In this document: piece after piece, positions 1-14,100 of the stretch
Layout: each line of letters opens with the position of its first letter
Position numbering within the stretch: position 1 is the first letter of the stretch
DNA from: Selaginella moellendorffii
Lineage: Eukaryota; Plantae; Lycopodiophyta
Reading direction: 5' to 3'
Assembly: GCF_000143415.4 (NCBI RefSeq)
Contig: NW_003314294.1
Location: 1,490,014 to 1,554,013, forward strand
DNA: 64,000 nt
Translations under genes and position numbers: made by a program
Notes under the pieces: generated by a model
What the model saw: only the letters and a program-made list of their open reading frames with translations
What the model was told of the DNA's origin: nothing
Databases searched by the model: none

Positions 1-499
1 TGGAGGAATTAATGGCAAAGCTAACTATAAAAAGGAGGGCAATGATAGAGAAGAAACATTAAAGGCATTTAAAAGTGTCTTTAGAGTGATTTTAGTGAGC
101 AGTAAAGAGATTGTGAATGTTAGTGAGATTGCACTTGGTTTTGGAGTGTTTCTAGAGAGCTTTCTTTGTAGCTCACAATTAAACACTGGCAACAAAGTTA
201 GGTACATGGCTATTGTTCATTGGGTCTGACTTTGGATGTTGGATTGAAGTGGCTAGAGGATAACTACAAACCCATATGGATATTAAGAGCTAGGAATAGG
301 GTTGGTTGGGAAAAGTTTCTAGTGAATAGACTTTCTTGTATTCTATTGTAGGGATATTGGCAGTTGGGGAATTGAGTGCGTGTTTGATTGAGGGGCTCAT
401 TAAGTCCTTAGATCTTTGTTTGAATCACTAATACTCTTGCTGATTTTGTGCTTTTGCATTCTTAGAAGAGTTTGCCATACAGTTGGCCATATGGTAGAA

Positions 500-1751
500 T
501 ATTTGTTAGTGACATGAGCCAATCAGGGCTATTGCTCCTTCCTTGGTATCAAACAATAGTAGAATATTATGTATCCTGACGTTTGGCCATATAGGGAATG
601 ACAAGATAGAGAGATCTATCAACTTTTCCAAGAATAGCAAGAGAATCTCTGAGATTCTTGGGAAGGAGTATTCTATCATATAGAAGAAAATGTAATAAGA
701 CAATTGCATTGTTGTAGCATAACACCAATTGCATTGTCACAACCTTGCTGCAATATAGCACTTATAGCATAGCTAAATGCATCATAATGCACTTTGAAGG
801 CTTTATCAAGATTTAGGATCATAAGAATAAGACCTGCAGTCATCTCTTTCAATTGTACAAAAGCATGTTGACAAACTGGTATCCAATGAAACAGTATACT
901 ACCTTTCATTAATTTAGTCAACAAAAGTGCAATACTTGCAAAATTGCAAATAAACTTATGATAGTATCTCGCCAAACCAAGAAAGGAACAAACATCTGAT
1001 ATAGTTGTTAGGACTTCCTATGACTTCATTGTTTCCACTTTCTTTGGATCCACCTTGATTACACCACCACCAACTATATGTTCAAGAAAGTTCATACACA
1101 ATTAACCCAAAGCATATTTACTAGCATATAGTTTATTCTCTTGCAACTTTGAAATACCAACTCTAAATGTTTCAAATGATCCTCTAATGTTTCACTGAAA
1201 ACTAGAACATCATCCATATATAAAACAACAAATATGTCCAAAATAATCTCTAAATATTCTATCCATCATTGTATTAAACGTTGTCAGAGAATTACATAAC
1301 CCAAACAACATAACAACGAACTCATAGGACTCATAATGAGTCTTTAAGGTTGTTTTCTCTAGACCCTGATTTGCCACCCATATCTGATGATACCTAGACT
1401 GCAAATCAAGTTGTGTAATATACTTAGCATTTAAGAGTTGGTCAAATAAGTCATCAATGCGAGGGAAAGGATAATTGTTTCTGACAGTGATTTTATTGAG
1501 AGCCTAATAATTATTAAACATCCTCATGGTACCATTATTTTTTCATAACAAAAAAGACTCATACTTTATTGGGTGATTTGCTTGGTTGGATATGACCTTT
1601 GTCAAGAAGCTCTATATATTGCTTCTTGAGTTTAGCCATATCCTTTATGTTCAAATGGTATGGAACTTTCATAAATGGTCTAGATCATCTAAATCTCAAT
1701 TTAATGATTAACCTCATAGCTATGAGGTAACTCTAATGGCAAATCCTTTAG
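500..1751 (-). mobile_element. Decayed Ty3/gypsy pol fragment (RT-RNase H), same family as the 29569-36796 element (family B)
   Basis: ORF pieces 'YHQIWVANQGLEKTTLKTHYESYEFVVMLFGLCN' and 'FKVHYDAFSYAISAILQQ' are near-identical to 32740-33390; many stops; cut at 1751 by an LTR. Confidence 0.85.
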
Positions 1752-4338
1752 TGTCATGAATATGACTACGGGTATCAAAAGTTATTTGTCGGTTAGTACT
1801 TTTAGGTATTCTTTCTTTACTGCCACAATAGTAAAAGGTTAGTATTGCTAAACCCTTTATCAGTCCCTCTTGTTCAAGTGTTAGTAAACTTGATTTAGCA
1901 TTTGTACTTGGCTAGATGAGCATAAGGAAGGAATTCCTAAATGTTTATTTAGCCAAACATACTTGGCTCGGCTTATTAGTTTTCTTTTGCTTTGTTCTAC
2001 ACTAGTTTAATAAGAACCTTGCAATATTGAGATTGGTCCCATAAAACTTGCTAGATGATATCTTATTATGTTTGCCAAACACCCTCACTATCATGGTTTT
2101 TATGTTAGTTCTATTCAGTCTTAATTGCTATTTATAGAAAGTGTCTAGATTTGCTAATTTAGCATTATAAGTGACTAATTTTTCCATTCTACTTTAGTCA
2201 CTTAACCACACCTCCGACCACTTGGAAGAGTCTCACTCACAACTTCCATAAGTCCTATTCCAGACTTGGGGCTTGCTATCCCCGAGAATGGCATCCATGC
2301 CACTTAACATTTGCATTTGGTCCAAGTGTTTTACGTGTCTGATTCCATGACTAACACCCCAAGGTACCACCGATATATCAGCCTGTTACACTAAGGCCAT
2401 GCCCCTTCACCTTGGTCATACTGGTGGTCTAACACCACCTGCATCACTGTCCCATCTCTCAAAGACTGGGTGATCCATCCATGAGTAATCATCCCAAATC
2501 CACTCCTTAGCATCCTTAGGATAGCTGTAGACATTGGGAATAACCTTCTTAATATCTTTTTTCCTGTCCCCACCAAATCCCTTCTGTCCATGGCCGTGTT
2601 CGCCAACACTACCATTGGATCAAGGATCATAAGCTCGACCACTAAGTCCCACAGTCCTCTGGGACTTCCTCACCATATGACCGTATCCTTGGTCACTACA
2701 TTGGAAGATTGCTCCTCTTTTTTTCCACAGTCTGGGACTTTGGGACAACGATTTGGAACACCGTGGCCCTATACAAGCCTCGTGGGTACTCTCCCCGCCT
2801 CCCGCCTTTGGGTGTTCTAGCCATGGGCTTAGAGCGAGGTTCTGTTGAGCCACACCAGGTATCCAAGTAGGTAATGCCACCCATGCTTGGACTGGGAGCA
2901 TCGACCATTTGATCTCCCGGGGGAACTAGAGCTGGCTCTTGAACACTTCACCAAGCTATCCTACTTGTCAATCCATATTCACTTTAGTCTTGGACTTCCC
3001 AATAGTTAACTCATCACCCAACATCTGGGTACAACCTTCTTGGGCCAAATTGGCCTTTCCTAGCCAAATTGGCTCTATTGGGCTCCAACCCCCACACTCT
3101 CCCTACTATACTTTAAGAACCCCTTGCAGCCCCCCGCCCCTCCCCTCTGGGGGACGATCGCTTTGGGCTTTTACCCAACAACCTGTATTAGTATTCGGAC
3201 TCGGACTCGGACTCGGTCTTGGTCCGGAATTGGTCTCGGTCCTGGTTTCAGATTCAAACTCGGTCTTGGTCTTGGTTCCATCTCAGGTCCATCTCGGACT
3301 CCATCTCGGACCTCATCTCAGGTCCATCTTGGACTCCATCTTGGGTCCATCTTGAGTCCATCTTGGACTCCATCTCAGGTTCATCTTGGACTCTATCTCG
3401 GGTCCATTTCAGACTCCATCTCGTGTCCATCTCGAACTCCATCTCGGGTCCACCTTGGACTCCATCTCGGATCCATCTTAGACTCCATCTCGAACTCTTC
3501 TATATGTCATGTGTTGGTCCTCTTGTATCCCTTTTTTAGAGACTCACTTATTGTTCACTTCGTGTTTGTTCCTCGAGCACTTCGTTGGGAGTTCCACTCC
3601 TACTCTCGACTTTTCAAATCGGAGCTTTTAGTCTAAATGTGTTACGCTCTTTTGGCTTTTACTTCGGCCACTACCACATGGCACCCTTTCGACTCCACTT
3701 TGGGGCTTAGGGTTTTGTGTCTCACAGGCATATCTATGGAATATAGAGATTGTCAATTTGTTATTGGTGTTGGTCTCGTGTCTAAATTCACAATTTAGTG
3801 TCATTCCATATTTAGTAAGTTTCAAGTTAGTCCTAAAGACTAACTCTTAATACTAAGGGTGGTTGTCCTTGTTCTGCATTTAATTTAGATCGAAGTCCAA
3901 GTTCCACACCATACTAGCTGGTGAAGTACCCATAACCTCATATTAGGCAACTGATATACTGAAATAGTGCTAAACTCCATTTGGCTCTGTTTTGTGTGTT
4001 GGTCCTAGTATTAGGATGTTAGATGCTTTAAGACTGTTCCAACATCACTTTGTGCTTTTGTCTCTTTACTCCTTGGGCTGAACACTCAGGAGTCACTTCG
4101 TGCTCTAGTTCCTTTACTCCTTGGTTGCAAGCTTGGGAGTTTGGTTCCGTACCTTCATTTAGTGGCCCAAGGCTATGAAATTTGGGTTCCACTCTGCTGT
4201 CCTTTGACATATGGCATGTGGCATATGGCATGTAATATGTGGCACATAGAGGGTTTAAGTTCCACTTCGTGGTTATCTTATGGTAAATCACCATAGGATA
4301 AAGAGTGAAAATCATGTGTATTACATTTAGTATCAGAG
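1752..4338 (+). mobile_element. Family-B-related LTR (1752-4325) plus PBS-like TTTAGTATCAGAG, split by a solo LTR
   Basis: Starts TGTCATGAATATGACT like the LTR at 35859 (TGTCGTGAATGTGACT); homology to that LTR resumes after 3726; ends ...TTACA followed by a degenerate tRNA-Met PBS; 3' part diverges from the 35859 LTR. Confidence 0.7.
2166..3726 (-). mobile_element. Solo LTR (family C)
   Basis: Reverse complement of the 41163-42863 LTR; flanked by a near-perfect 5-bp TSD AGCAT (2161-2165) / GGCAT (3727-3731); the host LTR is contiguous once it is removed. Confidence 0.85.
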
Positions 4339-4346
4339 GATGAGTT

Positions 4347-7120
4347 TGTAAGCCACAAATTTTTCTTTTCCAATTTGCTAGCTTACCTTGTCTATCCAAC
4401 CACTATGGCCTTGGCCTTAGTTATGTTCCCTTGCCTATTATACTAGCTTCTACTTGGTCCTACTTCATTTCAGCAACTCACTACATAAGCAACAAAGCGT
4501 TAGCCATCCATCCACGAATTCTTAATTTCTCTCCCAATCCCCCTCCCCGGGTTAAACTGGACTTAATATTTGGCTACACTTCCCATAGGCACAAGTAGCC
4601 AAGCACACCAAGCCTCCAGGTTTCTAACATCCCTTGGTACAACAAGATTTGATCATAGGACTCTCTAAATCCTAAGCCTTGGGTGCAACACTTGCTTCTG
4701 GACACCGGGGGGAAACACCGTGGCCTAACGACCCAGTATAGGTACCCTACTCCCCCACTTCCATTTTGAAGGGAAGGCCCAAGCCCCTAGGAAGGGCAAA
4801 GACCAATGAGTTGCAAAGTACTCAAATGGGGCAACATTCCACATGAGCTGGGAGCATTGTAGTTAGTTTCCCTTCCGGGAGTGGGAGCTGCTCTTGAGCA
4901 CTTCCTTGGGTGGCCCCTCCGGCACCATTCAAGTCCATGCTCACTCCCACCCAAGGCCCTTAAGCCTCAATCTCAACCCCAAATCAGTTCGAAAACACCA
5001 CTAGAGTTCCTTCAAGGCTGATTCCTAGACCTCACTATCCCTACTATACTTTTGGAACCCTCTACAGCCCCCCCTGCCCCCCTCTCAGAGACACACGCTT
5101 TAGGCTTTCACCCCACGATCTGTATTAGTATTCGGACTTAGTCTCGGACTCAATCTTGGACTTGACCTCGAACTCGGTCTTGGACCCAACCTCAGACTCT
5201 GTCTTAGACTTGATCTCAGACTCAGACTCCGATCAACCTCAGACTTGGTCTCAGACTCGATCTCAGACTTGATCTCGGACCCAACCTCGGACTCTGTCTC
5301 GGACTCAATCTCGGACTCAGTCTCAAATCTCAGACTCGATCTCAAACTCGGTCTTGGACTCGGTCTCAAACTCGGTCTCAGAGTCGATATCAGACTCGGT
5401 CTCAAACTCGGTCTTGGAGTTGGTCTCGAACTTGATCTCATACTTGGTCTTATCCGATGAATTCTTTATCTTTTTGATCGTGTTTTTGGGGATCCTTCAA
5501 CCTACAACACCTCAGGGAGTTGGTTCCTTACAACTCCACCACCCATAGAAAAAGTTTGATACCCACATCAAATGTCTCTTTTTAATCCTACAACTTGTTG
5601 ACTATGTCTTCAGGGGCATCCCCCCACTTAGCAGTGTGCCTAAGTTAGCCTCCCCAGCCAAAAGCCCATGACAACAGAATATAAGTGTCCTTATACCCTT
5701 GACCTCACCACGCCTTAGTATAGGGTTGGGACTTGAACCCAGTCTTGCTTTATTAGGGGGTTGGGACTCAAACCCAACCTTCGTGGAATACGTTTACGGA
5801 TTCGACATCCCCATAGGGAGTCAGGTGTAATTCCCTATGCCTGGTTGACCTAGTTAACCTATGCTAATTAGCTTACCCTTTGGGTTCTAACATATGACAT
5901 TGCTCAATTTCTCAAATAGATTCTTTAATTGAATTTTGTATAGATATATAGAGTTCTATCTTGCAAAAATTCCTCCACTAGATCTTATGCATTCGCTAGG
6001 TTCCCCTCCGGTTCCCATGTTACTTCGTAGTGTGGAAATTCTTTCCACTTTATATGGAACTCCCTCACCTCACATCTTTGTCGCTTGCTCTTGCACACAT
6101 TAAGGATGGACTTGACTTTGTATTCCTCTTCCCCTTGAATAACTTTAGGTAGAGGTCTTACTTGGTCCTTGCGAAGCAGGTCCTCAAGTACAGCTTAAGT
6201 AAGTTCATATGGAACACAAGGTGCATCTTCCCTATCTCTCGAGGAAATCGGAGGCGGTAAGCCACCTTACCAATTCGAGCCTCAATGTCATAAGGCCCTG
6301 TGAACCTACTTAAAGAACTCAAGATCAATTCATTTCCAAGAATACATGCATTTTACCTTTGGGTCAACTTTCGGCTAATCCCACTTGGTAACCTTAGATT
6401 CTTGGTGTTCAGCCACACTTTATCCCCAGGTTGGAACTTTACATCTTGACGCTTTTGGTTCACGTATTTAGTTTGCCTTTGTTAAGCCTATTCCAAGGAA
6501 TCCTCATTAGATTCCAAATGTTAAATCTTTTTACCGTGAACACCTCTACTGCGGGTAATTCTCCATACTCGGCCACACTAAGTTCCATAGAGCCTTCAAT
6601 AGCTCGCCCATTGATAACTTCCCATGGACTGACCCTAATACTCGAATGTGGTGAGTTATTATAACATATTTCCGCAAGTCCCAAATGATTTACTCAATCA
6701 GTTTGGTCTCCATACATATAGCATTGCAAATAATCCTCCATCTGCCTATTCACCCTTTCCGTTTATCCATCTATCAAGTAGTGTTAGTGCCATCAAATTT
6801 GACTTAATACCCAATACCTGTTTATGGGTGATAAGCTGTGCTGAATTTCAATTTGATGTGATACTGTTCCAAGAGAGTTCTATAAAACCTACTAGTAAAG
6901 ATCTTATCTTGATCTAAGATAATCTCTTTTGGCCTTTTCCGCACTCGAACCACTTTTTCAAAGAATAGCTTTGCCACACCTTCCACATTCACTTCCATTG
7001 TGGTGGGTATGAAATGTGCCATCTTCGAAAACTGATCCACCACCACGAATATCATATCAAACCCCTCACTTGAGGGGAGTCCCATAATGAAGTCCATTGT
7101 AAAACATTTCCATGGAGTGA
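4347..7120 (-). mobile_element. 5'-truncated older copy of the family-A chromovirus: integrase/chromodomain, PPT and 3' LTR (4347-5532)
   Basis: LTR is the reverse complement of 21086-22233; PPT follows at 5533; IN text 'WKCFTMDFIMGLPSSEGFD...KFSTAYHP'; carries both integrase introns (6771-6817, 6306-6356). Confidence 0.9.
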
Positions 7121-8060
7121 TTTGTGGGTTTTTCTTCAATGAAATAAAAAAAGCAAGTAGTGTCTAGAAGTCCATCTGGTCTACTGGGAGAAGAGAATCT
7201 ACCCAAGTTGCCGGTTTGCCTTCGAGAAATTGCAAAAAGTCGCAACATATATAATCATCGTCGACAATTATATTTGTGGTGTAGTAATAATCAAAGCAAC
7301 TGATATGTGATGTTAGAGAGACTATTCCAACACTTAAGAAGGTTGGTAGATCACTCCCCTTTTGCAAAATATGGAGCTGAGGTCGAGCTAAAGGTGGTTG
7401 TGCCATAACTCGTAGATCTAAGTCACTGGAATCTACCGAGGATGAAAAAGACTCGGCTTGAGAAGGTGCTATATCATACCTAAGCTACCTCTAGATGCTA
7501 GAAAGTTTACTTCATACCTTAGTGCCTTGAGGTATGGTAAAAGGGCACCAATTTGCCTCATGTCTAGTTTGTACCGGCATCAAATACCCTAAACATTGCA
7601 AATGCTTGGTCAAGGCAATTGGGTTAATAAAAGCAATAAGACTATAGACTTCTCCAAAGCATAGAAAGAAGAGTCCTTAGCCAAAATAAATGGCTTAGAA
7701 CCTTTTACCTTGTCCACAAGTTGCTTAAAGTTGCCCAAAATGCCTATGATAAAGATAAATAAGCTTGGAAATGGAAGGAGATGTAAGTCAGTTACTAAAT
7801 GTGATTTAGTGTAGCTCTTTCAACATCCCAGGACACACTTTAAAACATATATAACCGCTGAGTCTCAAGAATAGAGTAACTGCTGACAACTTATGGTAAC
7901 TGGTAACCAGTAACCCTTTGCTCTCGCTCTTACTTTAGTGCCTACTCCAGCACCAACTCCTACTTTTGCGCCAAATCTTGTGCTTGCTCCTAATTCTACT
8001 CCTGATCCTACTCCTACTCCCCGAAGATTGCTTCTTTCCCAAGAAACTTTCACGAAAGTT
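7121..8060 (-). mobile_element. Probable decayed gag fragment of another retroelement
   Basis: 'FLQFLEGKPATWVDSL' resembles the retrotransposon gag L-x-G-x-A-x-x-W motif; heavily mutated. Confidence 0.35.
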
Positions 8061-8723
8061 TAGCCCAAAAGAGAAAAATGAGTACCCCAGTCTCAATCCT
8101 TCACCATTTTGATTGTAAGGTGTTCAAAAGACCTCAGCCCCATCTACCACACTGCTCTAAGAATTTGTAATGAAAATGCTTCAATATCTTGTGAGATCCA
8201 AGAAAATATAGCTTAGAACGCCAATTTTATGGAAAAACATCTATATATCACCAATCCAGATCAATACCAAAGTGCTGTTGATATTTTCAAAAAACATAGG
8301 ACTAGAAGCACCTCCAGAATCAAATGGCATAAAAAAAAACCTCAGAGAAGCAAGAATTTTTATTGCAAAGATGCCTTTATTTAGTAGGAGAAGAAAATCC
8401 TTTTGCATACCACAAATTCTCCCAAATCCAACACCAAGAATCACCACTACTTATAAATATAGGGCAGATCTATAAACCCAAATACACTTCTTTGAGAAAT
8501 TGGGCCAAGAATCTAGATGAGAAAGTGAAAACCTCAAAATGTATACCAAATCGAGCTAAATATTGCATGGCTTGATGAGTATCATACCTTGCTGGAAAGA
8601 GGAGCTCAAGACCTATCCAACATGCCCAAAATCAAGTAAATCCGCTGCAAAACAAACAAGAAATCACTCTTCCAAGTCTGTAACCGAAAGGAAAAGAAAG
8701 AAATTGTGCTATAGAAAGCAATG

Positions 8724-8989
8724 CACAGTTAGGGATAGTGGTTGGATTGCATGTCCGACCACTTAAAACATTAGTTTGGCTCTTGTTAGGCTATGTCGCT
8801 CCTTGTTCTACATCTAGCTTGGGTCTAACCCCAAGCTCCACGCTAGTGATGTTACAAAAATAAATGACTTGTAAGGAAAAAAGTGGGGTACCCTCCTCCT
8901 CACATTAGGCCACCGATATGCCAAAATTATGCTAGACTATACTAATTATAGAAAGTGTTTAGATCACTCATTTGGCATATTTACGAAAT
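8724..8989 (+). repeat. Rearranged family-B LTR pieces; 8941-8989 is the left part of the 5' LTR interrupted by the DNA transposon
   Basis: 8724-8940 matches ~36490-36670; 8941-8989 matches 36241-36290 and continues at 29573. Confidence 0.75.
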
Positions 8990-9431
8990 AAGCTCTATTT
9001 CGTTAAAGTGGGAATTATCATTATCCCACTTGTAAAATAAGGTTTCCAAACCTTTATATAGTATATAAATATAACAAAATTCAATTGCATTGAGGCACAT
9101 GCCATTTTATTTTAAACAAGGAAATGTCTACTCAATCACTTCTCCTCCCCCTGCCACTACTTCACCTCTCTCTTCTCCTTGTCATCGTCGTCCAATTTCT
9201 TTCCATCCTTTTAATATTGGCTCAGTTGCTCCGAGTCTAGGTGGAGCCCAAGTCCCCATTCAATCTTTACTTTCCCCTTATTAATAAAACAACTTCGCAG
9301 ACTTCCAATAACATGCTGTAACACTTCTAGTATAATGCAAATCCTCTCAAAGAATTGTCTTTTAATATTAATACAATGGCATGGAACCCCATGCCATAAT
9401 AAGTTACATTTTTAAATAAATACATGCCATC

Positions 9432-11136
9432 TCAGACTGTTATTTTTTGCCTCCAACACCTATACAATAATCTTGGAATTTCATCACTCTCCACACTATC
9501 AGGATTTAAACCCAATAGTAATGCCATCTCTTCTCTAATACGTCCACGCTCATGTTCAGTGGTCGAAGAACCCATCCGGTTGAGCAGATTATGGAGATGC
9601 GGATAGTGCTTGGCTAGACAATATACATGCCATAAATGATGACTGGTGTCTGTCCGATCAAATGGCTTCTGATATACCATTCCATCTGCCATTTGGTTGA
9701 TTTCTGCAGCCACCTCCTGGACTGGCCGGTTCTCTATCACCATCGCTTCAAGCCGTTTTGCAAGGTCCCCCAGAACATACGGTTTCTTCTCCCTAGTTTC
9801 CATACTGCAAGAGATGGGGTGCACTGCATATGTGTGCGTGTTCGCTGCAGTTTTAATCGGCGAGTCATCGATGATGAGGATTTCACTTGACCTAGCAGTC
9901 CGGTTCATCACTACATCCTCTGCCTTGATGAAGATGGGCTTGCTACCCCTCACATGGACCATAGTCAAGCAATCCTCTTGCGTTAGGAGAAAGTCAAATG
10001 GTAATATTACTCGCGTCTGATCGTGCATCATCTGTAGCAACGTTAATGCATTGTGGCGCATCATGGATGTCCAAACTCCCAATTGCAAATTGAACCCGGC
10101 CCTCTGTTTTAAGTGTCGCATGGTCATTATTAGATCCCGCAGTTTCTCCCGTGTGATTAATGTGAATCTGTCTCTTTTGACCAACTTGCGACCGCAGGCT
10201 TTGGAGGGTGCAGTGACATTCGAGGACGAGCCACGCTCATGGGAGAAAAGGACACCGTTCAGATCAAAAACGATACAGTACTTTCGCCGTGACTCTGAAA
10301 TGAAATGCGTCAGCATAAAAAATGGTACAAGTCAATTTTACCATCTACAATATTAGCGAATGATGCTCCCGATGGTCGTTCAGAGGGTTTTGGTCGAGGA
10401 AACGTGAAGGGCGGAAATACTCTCCTCTGCAATGTGGGGTCAATCGCATCCGATGGTGTGTGGGCACATGCCATTTCAGCTGTAGACTCTGGTACAACTG
10501 GCTCAACAGTGGCATGGGGTGGTTCCGATGGCGTGTGATCACATGCCATTTCAGCTGGTGCCTCCGTTGGCAAAGTGGACATGACCGAACAGGCAGCAGG
10601 GGCGGTGTAGGGAGGTTCCAACGGCGCGTAGTCAGACGATTGGGCACACGTTGGAAATGAGGATACGACCGGCTCGGCGGCTGGGGCGGCCTCATGCGGG
10701 TCCAATGGCGCCTGGTCACCGTCAGTTGGATACGTGGACAAGATTGACTCAGTGGTATGGGCAGCATCAAGTGGAGCGTGGTCAGCTTGCTTGGCGTTGA
10801 TATGGATAGTAGCCTCCACCAGCTCTGATGACTCTTGCAGGCAAGTAGAGTCCACTGGCGGATCCATATGCATGTCCAAATATCTCCCTTCGATTGAGAT
10901 GGTATCCTCCCGTGCTACTAAAAACAAACTCATTAGCACATTGAATCGACTATACTGTATTTACCATCAACTGCTATTGAGGAACTAGGACCGATATCAC
11001 TTGGGCGCACTGCTGATTCTGAAGGATTGGACATACGTTTTGACCCTTGCTTGGCACTATCCTTCCTCGACACTAAAGGCTAGAGTTTGTATCTTAATTC
11101 AACTGAATAATCTCTACTTACCATTTCTTCTGCGAC
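9432..11136 (-). CDS. Cargo: FCP1/NIF-like HAD phosphatase domain preceded by Pro/Ala-rich repeats (multi-exon)
   Basis: Motifs 'CIVFDLNGVL', 'GVWTSMMRHNA', 'ILIIDDSPIK'; a 47-bp GT-AG intron (10295-10341) joins ORF 10310-10939 in frame to ORF 9432-10316; further small exons up to ~11136. Confidence 0.75.
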
Positions 11137-14100
11137 CTACATGGACAATGTTAGAAATGGTAAAAGGTTAGGAATGGATGTACTATTATTTACCTGATGG
11201 TTTGTCTTGTATGACCTTCCTCCACTGCTCTTTGGCCACCTCAGGCTGGCCATCGTCGTCATCATCGTCATCGTCGTTATTGTGATCGTCACCATTGTGA
11301 GGACCATCCAAGTCCTCTTCGTCCTCCTCTTCTTCATCCTCCTCTTCTTCGTCCTCCTCTTCTTTGTCCTCCTCTTCATCCTTCTGCTCTTCCTGCTCAT
11401 TATCTTTCTCTGGCTCCTCATCCCCCTCTTGCATTTCTTCCATAGGCTGCTCAAGCTGGATGGCTTGTTTTTCCAGGACCATCTTGGGAAAATCATCTGG
11501 CCGAGTCTCCATCTCAAAATACAAGACATCCATAGCCTGTTTTAGTGCGTGACCTAGGACCGTATCCTCACCCAATTGTCTTAACATGGTTTCTGCACGT
11601 TCTTGCACCCTTCGAAGACGACGAGATGAGAAAAACGTGGCCCTGACTTGAAAAGCATCCCTCATCCATTGTACCTCTCCATTGAGATTGGGGAAGGGGA
11701 GTCTGCCATAGGAATCTGAGTCAGAAGGTGGTGACTGGCTCCTTTCACTCAGCCCTTGATCTGCAATGAATGGCATGAGCACACACGCCATAACCACGAG
11801 GCATTACCTATCATCTTTTCGTTGCCCTTCTTCCTTTTCGAATCAAACGCCTCTGATCCCGACGACTGTCCAACGTGCTTTCGCTTTTTATGACCACTGT
11901 CAGTTTGAGCTTGGCTGGTGCTTGCCTGTTTTGCCTTTGAAGAAGTGTCTCCTGCAAGGAATGGCATGAGACCACACGCCATTGCAAATATAATTTGTAC
12001 CTCCTTTTTTCCTATTGCTTGTCTGTTTGTCCTTCTTCGACGCGCCACCAGTGCGCTTTTCAGTCCTCGTGTCTGAATATTCACAACGATCTATAATCAA
12101 AATGGTGTGAGGCCTCACGTGACCTTACCTTGTGCAGGTTGTGACCTCGGCCTAACATCAGTAGCTGTTAACGCCATTTCAGCATCTGGGGGTGGCCACG
12201 CTCCTGCATACAGAGCTTGTGAGATAACATTTAAACTTAAAGTGCGTACTCACCAGGTTCGTAGAGAAGATACTGTTTTTCTTTGGCAACTGTAATTATA
12301 TGCTCCATTGAAGTCACCTCTTCAATGGAGTTTGTCACCGCAACACACGGGACACTCTTGAGTAGTGCGGCTCGAAAGAATAGTCCGCCGCAGTTGTACT
12401 CGACAACGCATTTGCCCTTGGAGTCACCCGCTATTGCGTTGAAGACCCAACTGAGCATTTCCCATGCTGCACCTGGAGCTTTCTTTGGATTCGAAAGCTC
12501 CATAGCCGTCTTCAGTTCCTCAGGCACGGGTAAATTGACCTCCCTGAGATCAATTCGACCGGCTTTGTTGAACGAAGCTGGGAAGTCACTCCAGTCCCAC
12601 TCTGCTGCAGGACCAATAACAAGGGCGAGTGTGAAGATGCGGACATTCGTCGGTATCTTCTTCTTAGCCATTATCCCATGGATCTCCTGCATCTCCTTGC
12701 CTTTCAACCGAGCCTTCACCTCGTTCAAGGCCTTCCAGAACTTGTGATAGGATTCGAAGTCGTAGATCATATAGTGGACTGAAGATTCCACCTCCGCAAG
12801 TCCCACCATTAAGTCAATGATGGAGCTGACTTCGTCTACATGAGTGATCTCCTCGTTTGTGAAGTCCATCACACAAAAGATGTTTTTTGACCTGCTCATC
12901 TCTGCGGGAAACGATGCTCCTCCACCTTTGATCCTCATCCGAATTCACGTATACCCGGTAAGGTTCTCGATAGGCCTCTGCTGCGGGGTCGAGCTGTTTC
13001 TGAAGCCGGCGGTCAACATCCCTCTTAATGAAATTTGGATATTGATCCAACTTCTCAGCTTTATTTTTCGTGGCATCCCGCAGCAGATCGATGAACTTGG
13101 GGGCCCCCTTCACGTACTCGTCGATGTCTTCATTTGACAAGTCCAGCTCTTCCATCATCTCTTGCGTGGTGTCGATGCTCACCCTCGCCACGGCCACTTG
13201 CTCGAAGATCCAATCCTTCAATAGCGCACGAGCTCTCAGAGTCGTGCACAAGTCCTCGTATGTCACAATATGGCCAGGAGTCATTTTGGTCTTGTTGAAG
13301 ACTACCTCACCACGTAGAAGAGCATTAGCCACTGTCAGAAGGTCGTCGTCGTCTAGAGACCGCGAGAAACGCAAGGCGTTGAGCTTCAAATCATTGGGCT
13401 TCCGGCCGTCCTCCACACCCATTGAGTTTAGCAACTCCCCGTCATGGTACCTCCTCAGCACATCTACCCATTTGTCAAAAACAACTTTTGTCGCGAGTAG
13501 AATGTTATGGATGCTGAGTGTGTCATTGACCCCCAGTGTTTTCGAGAGAAGACTCGAGAATTCCTGCAATGGAAATGGCGTGAGGCCACATGCTATGCCA
13601 CATGCAACGAGGCTTACCTGCCAGGCGCTAGTTGCTAGTGCACGTCCTTGTCCTGGTTTTTGTGGCTTCTTCAGTTGAACCCAGAGCTTCCGTGTTCGTG
13701 CCAATGTCTCGTGCAGACCCGATTTGTAGCACGTTTCTTGCTTGACATTCTGCGCGTGGGAGATGTATATGATAGATCGGAGGGGCGAGTTGCCTTTTAT
13801 CAGGCGGACAACTCTTGTCTTGAAGACTTTCTTCACCTCCTCGCCCACCATAATATCCACAACTATCTGTTGCATCGCCAAGCTAGAATGCTGCCCGGAG
13901 ACGGCATAGAACCGGATGTTCTGATCGTCCAACACCTTCCTATTGATCAAGTCTGGAAACCTCGTCTCGCCCTTCATTGTTCGGTAGTAGGGGATCACGT
14001 CTGCGATGTCGGGTGTTACTGGACTTGCTAGCATCTTCTGCTTCAGTTTCTCCACCCACTCATTAGATACTAGCCTGTGGTTGTATTTGCTTTGGATCTC

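Noticed and set aside
4211-4240. ATGGCATGTGGCATATGGCATG as a palindrome copy outside the transposon
   Set aside because: Only direct half-sites, no inverted right arm; lies in an LTR microrepeat
11207-11545. Hydrophobic 112-aa ORF resembling a membrane protein
   Set aside because: Antisense shadow of the acidic Glu/Asp tract of the cargo gene
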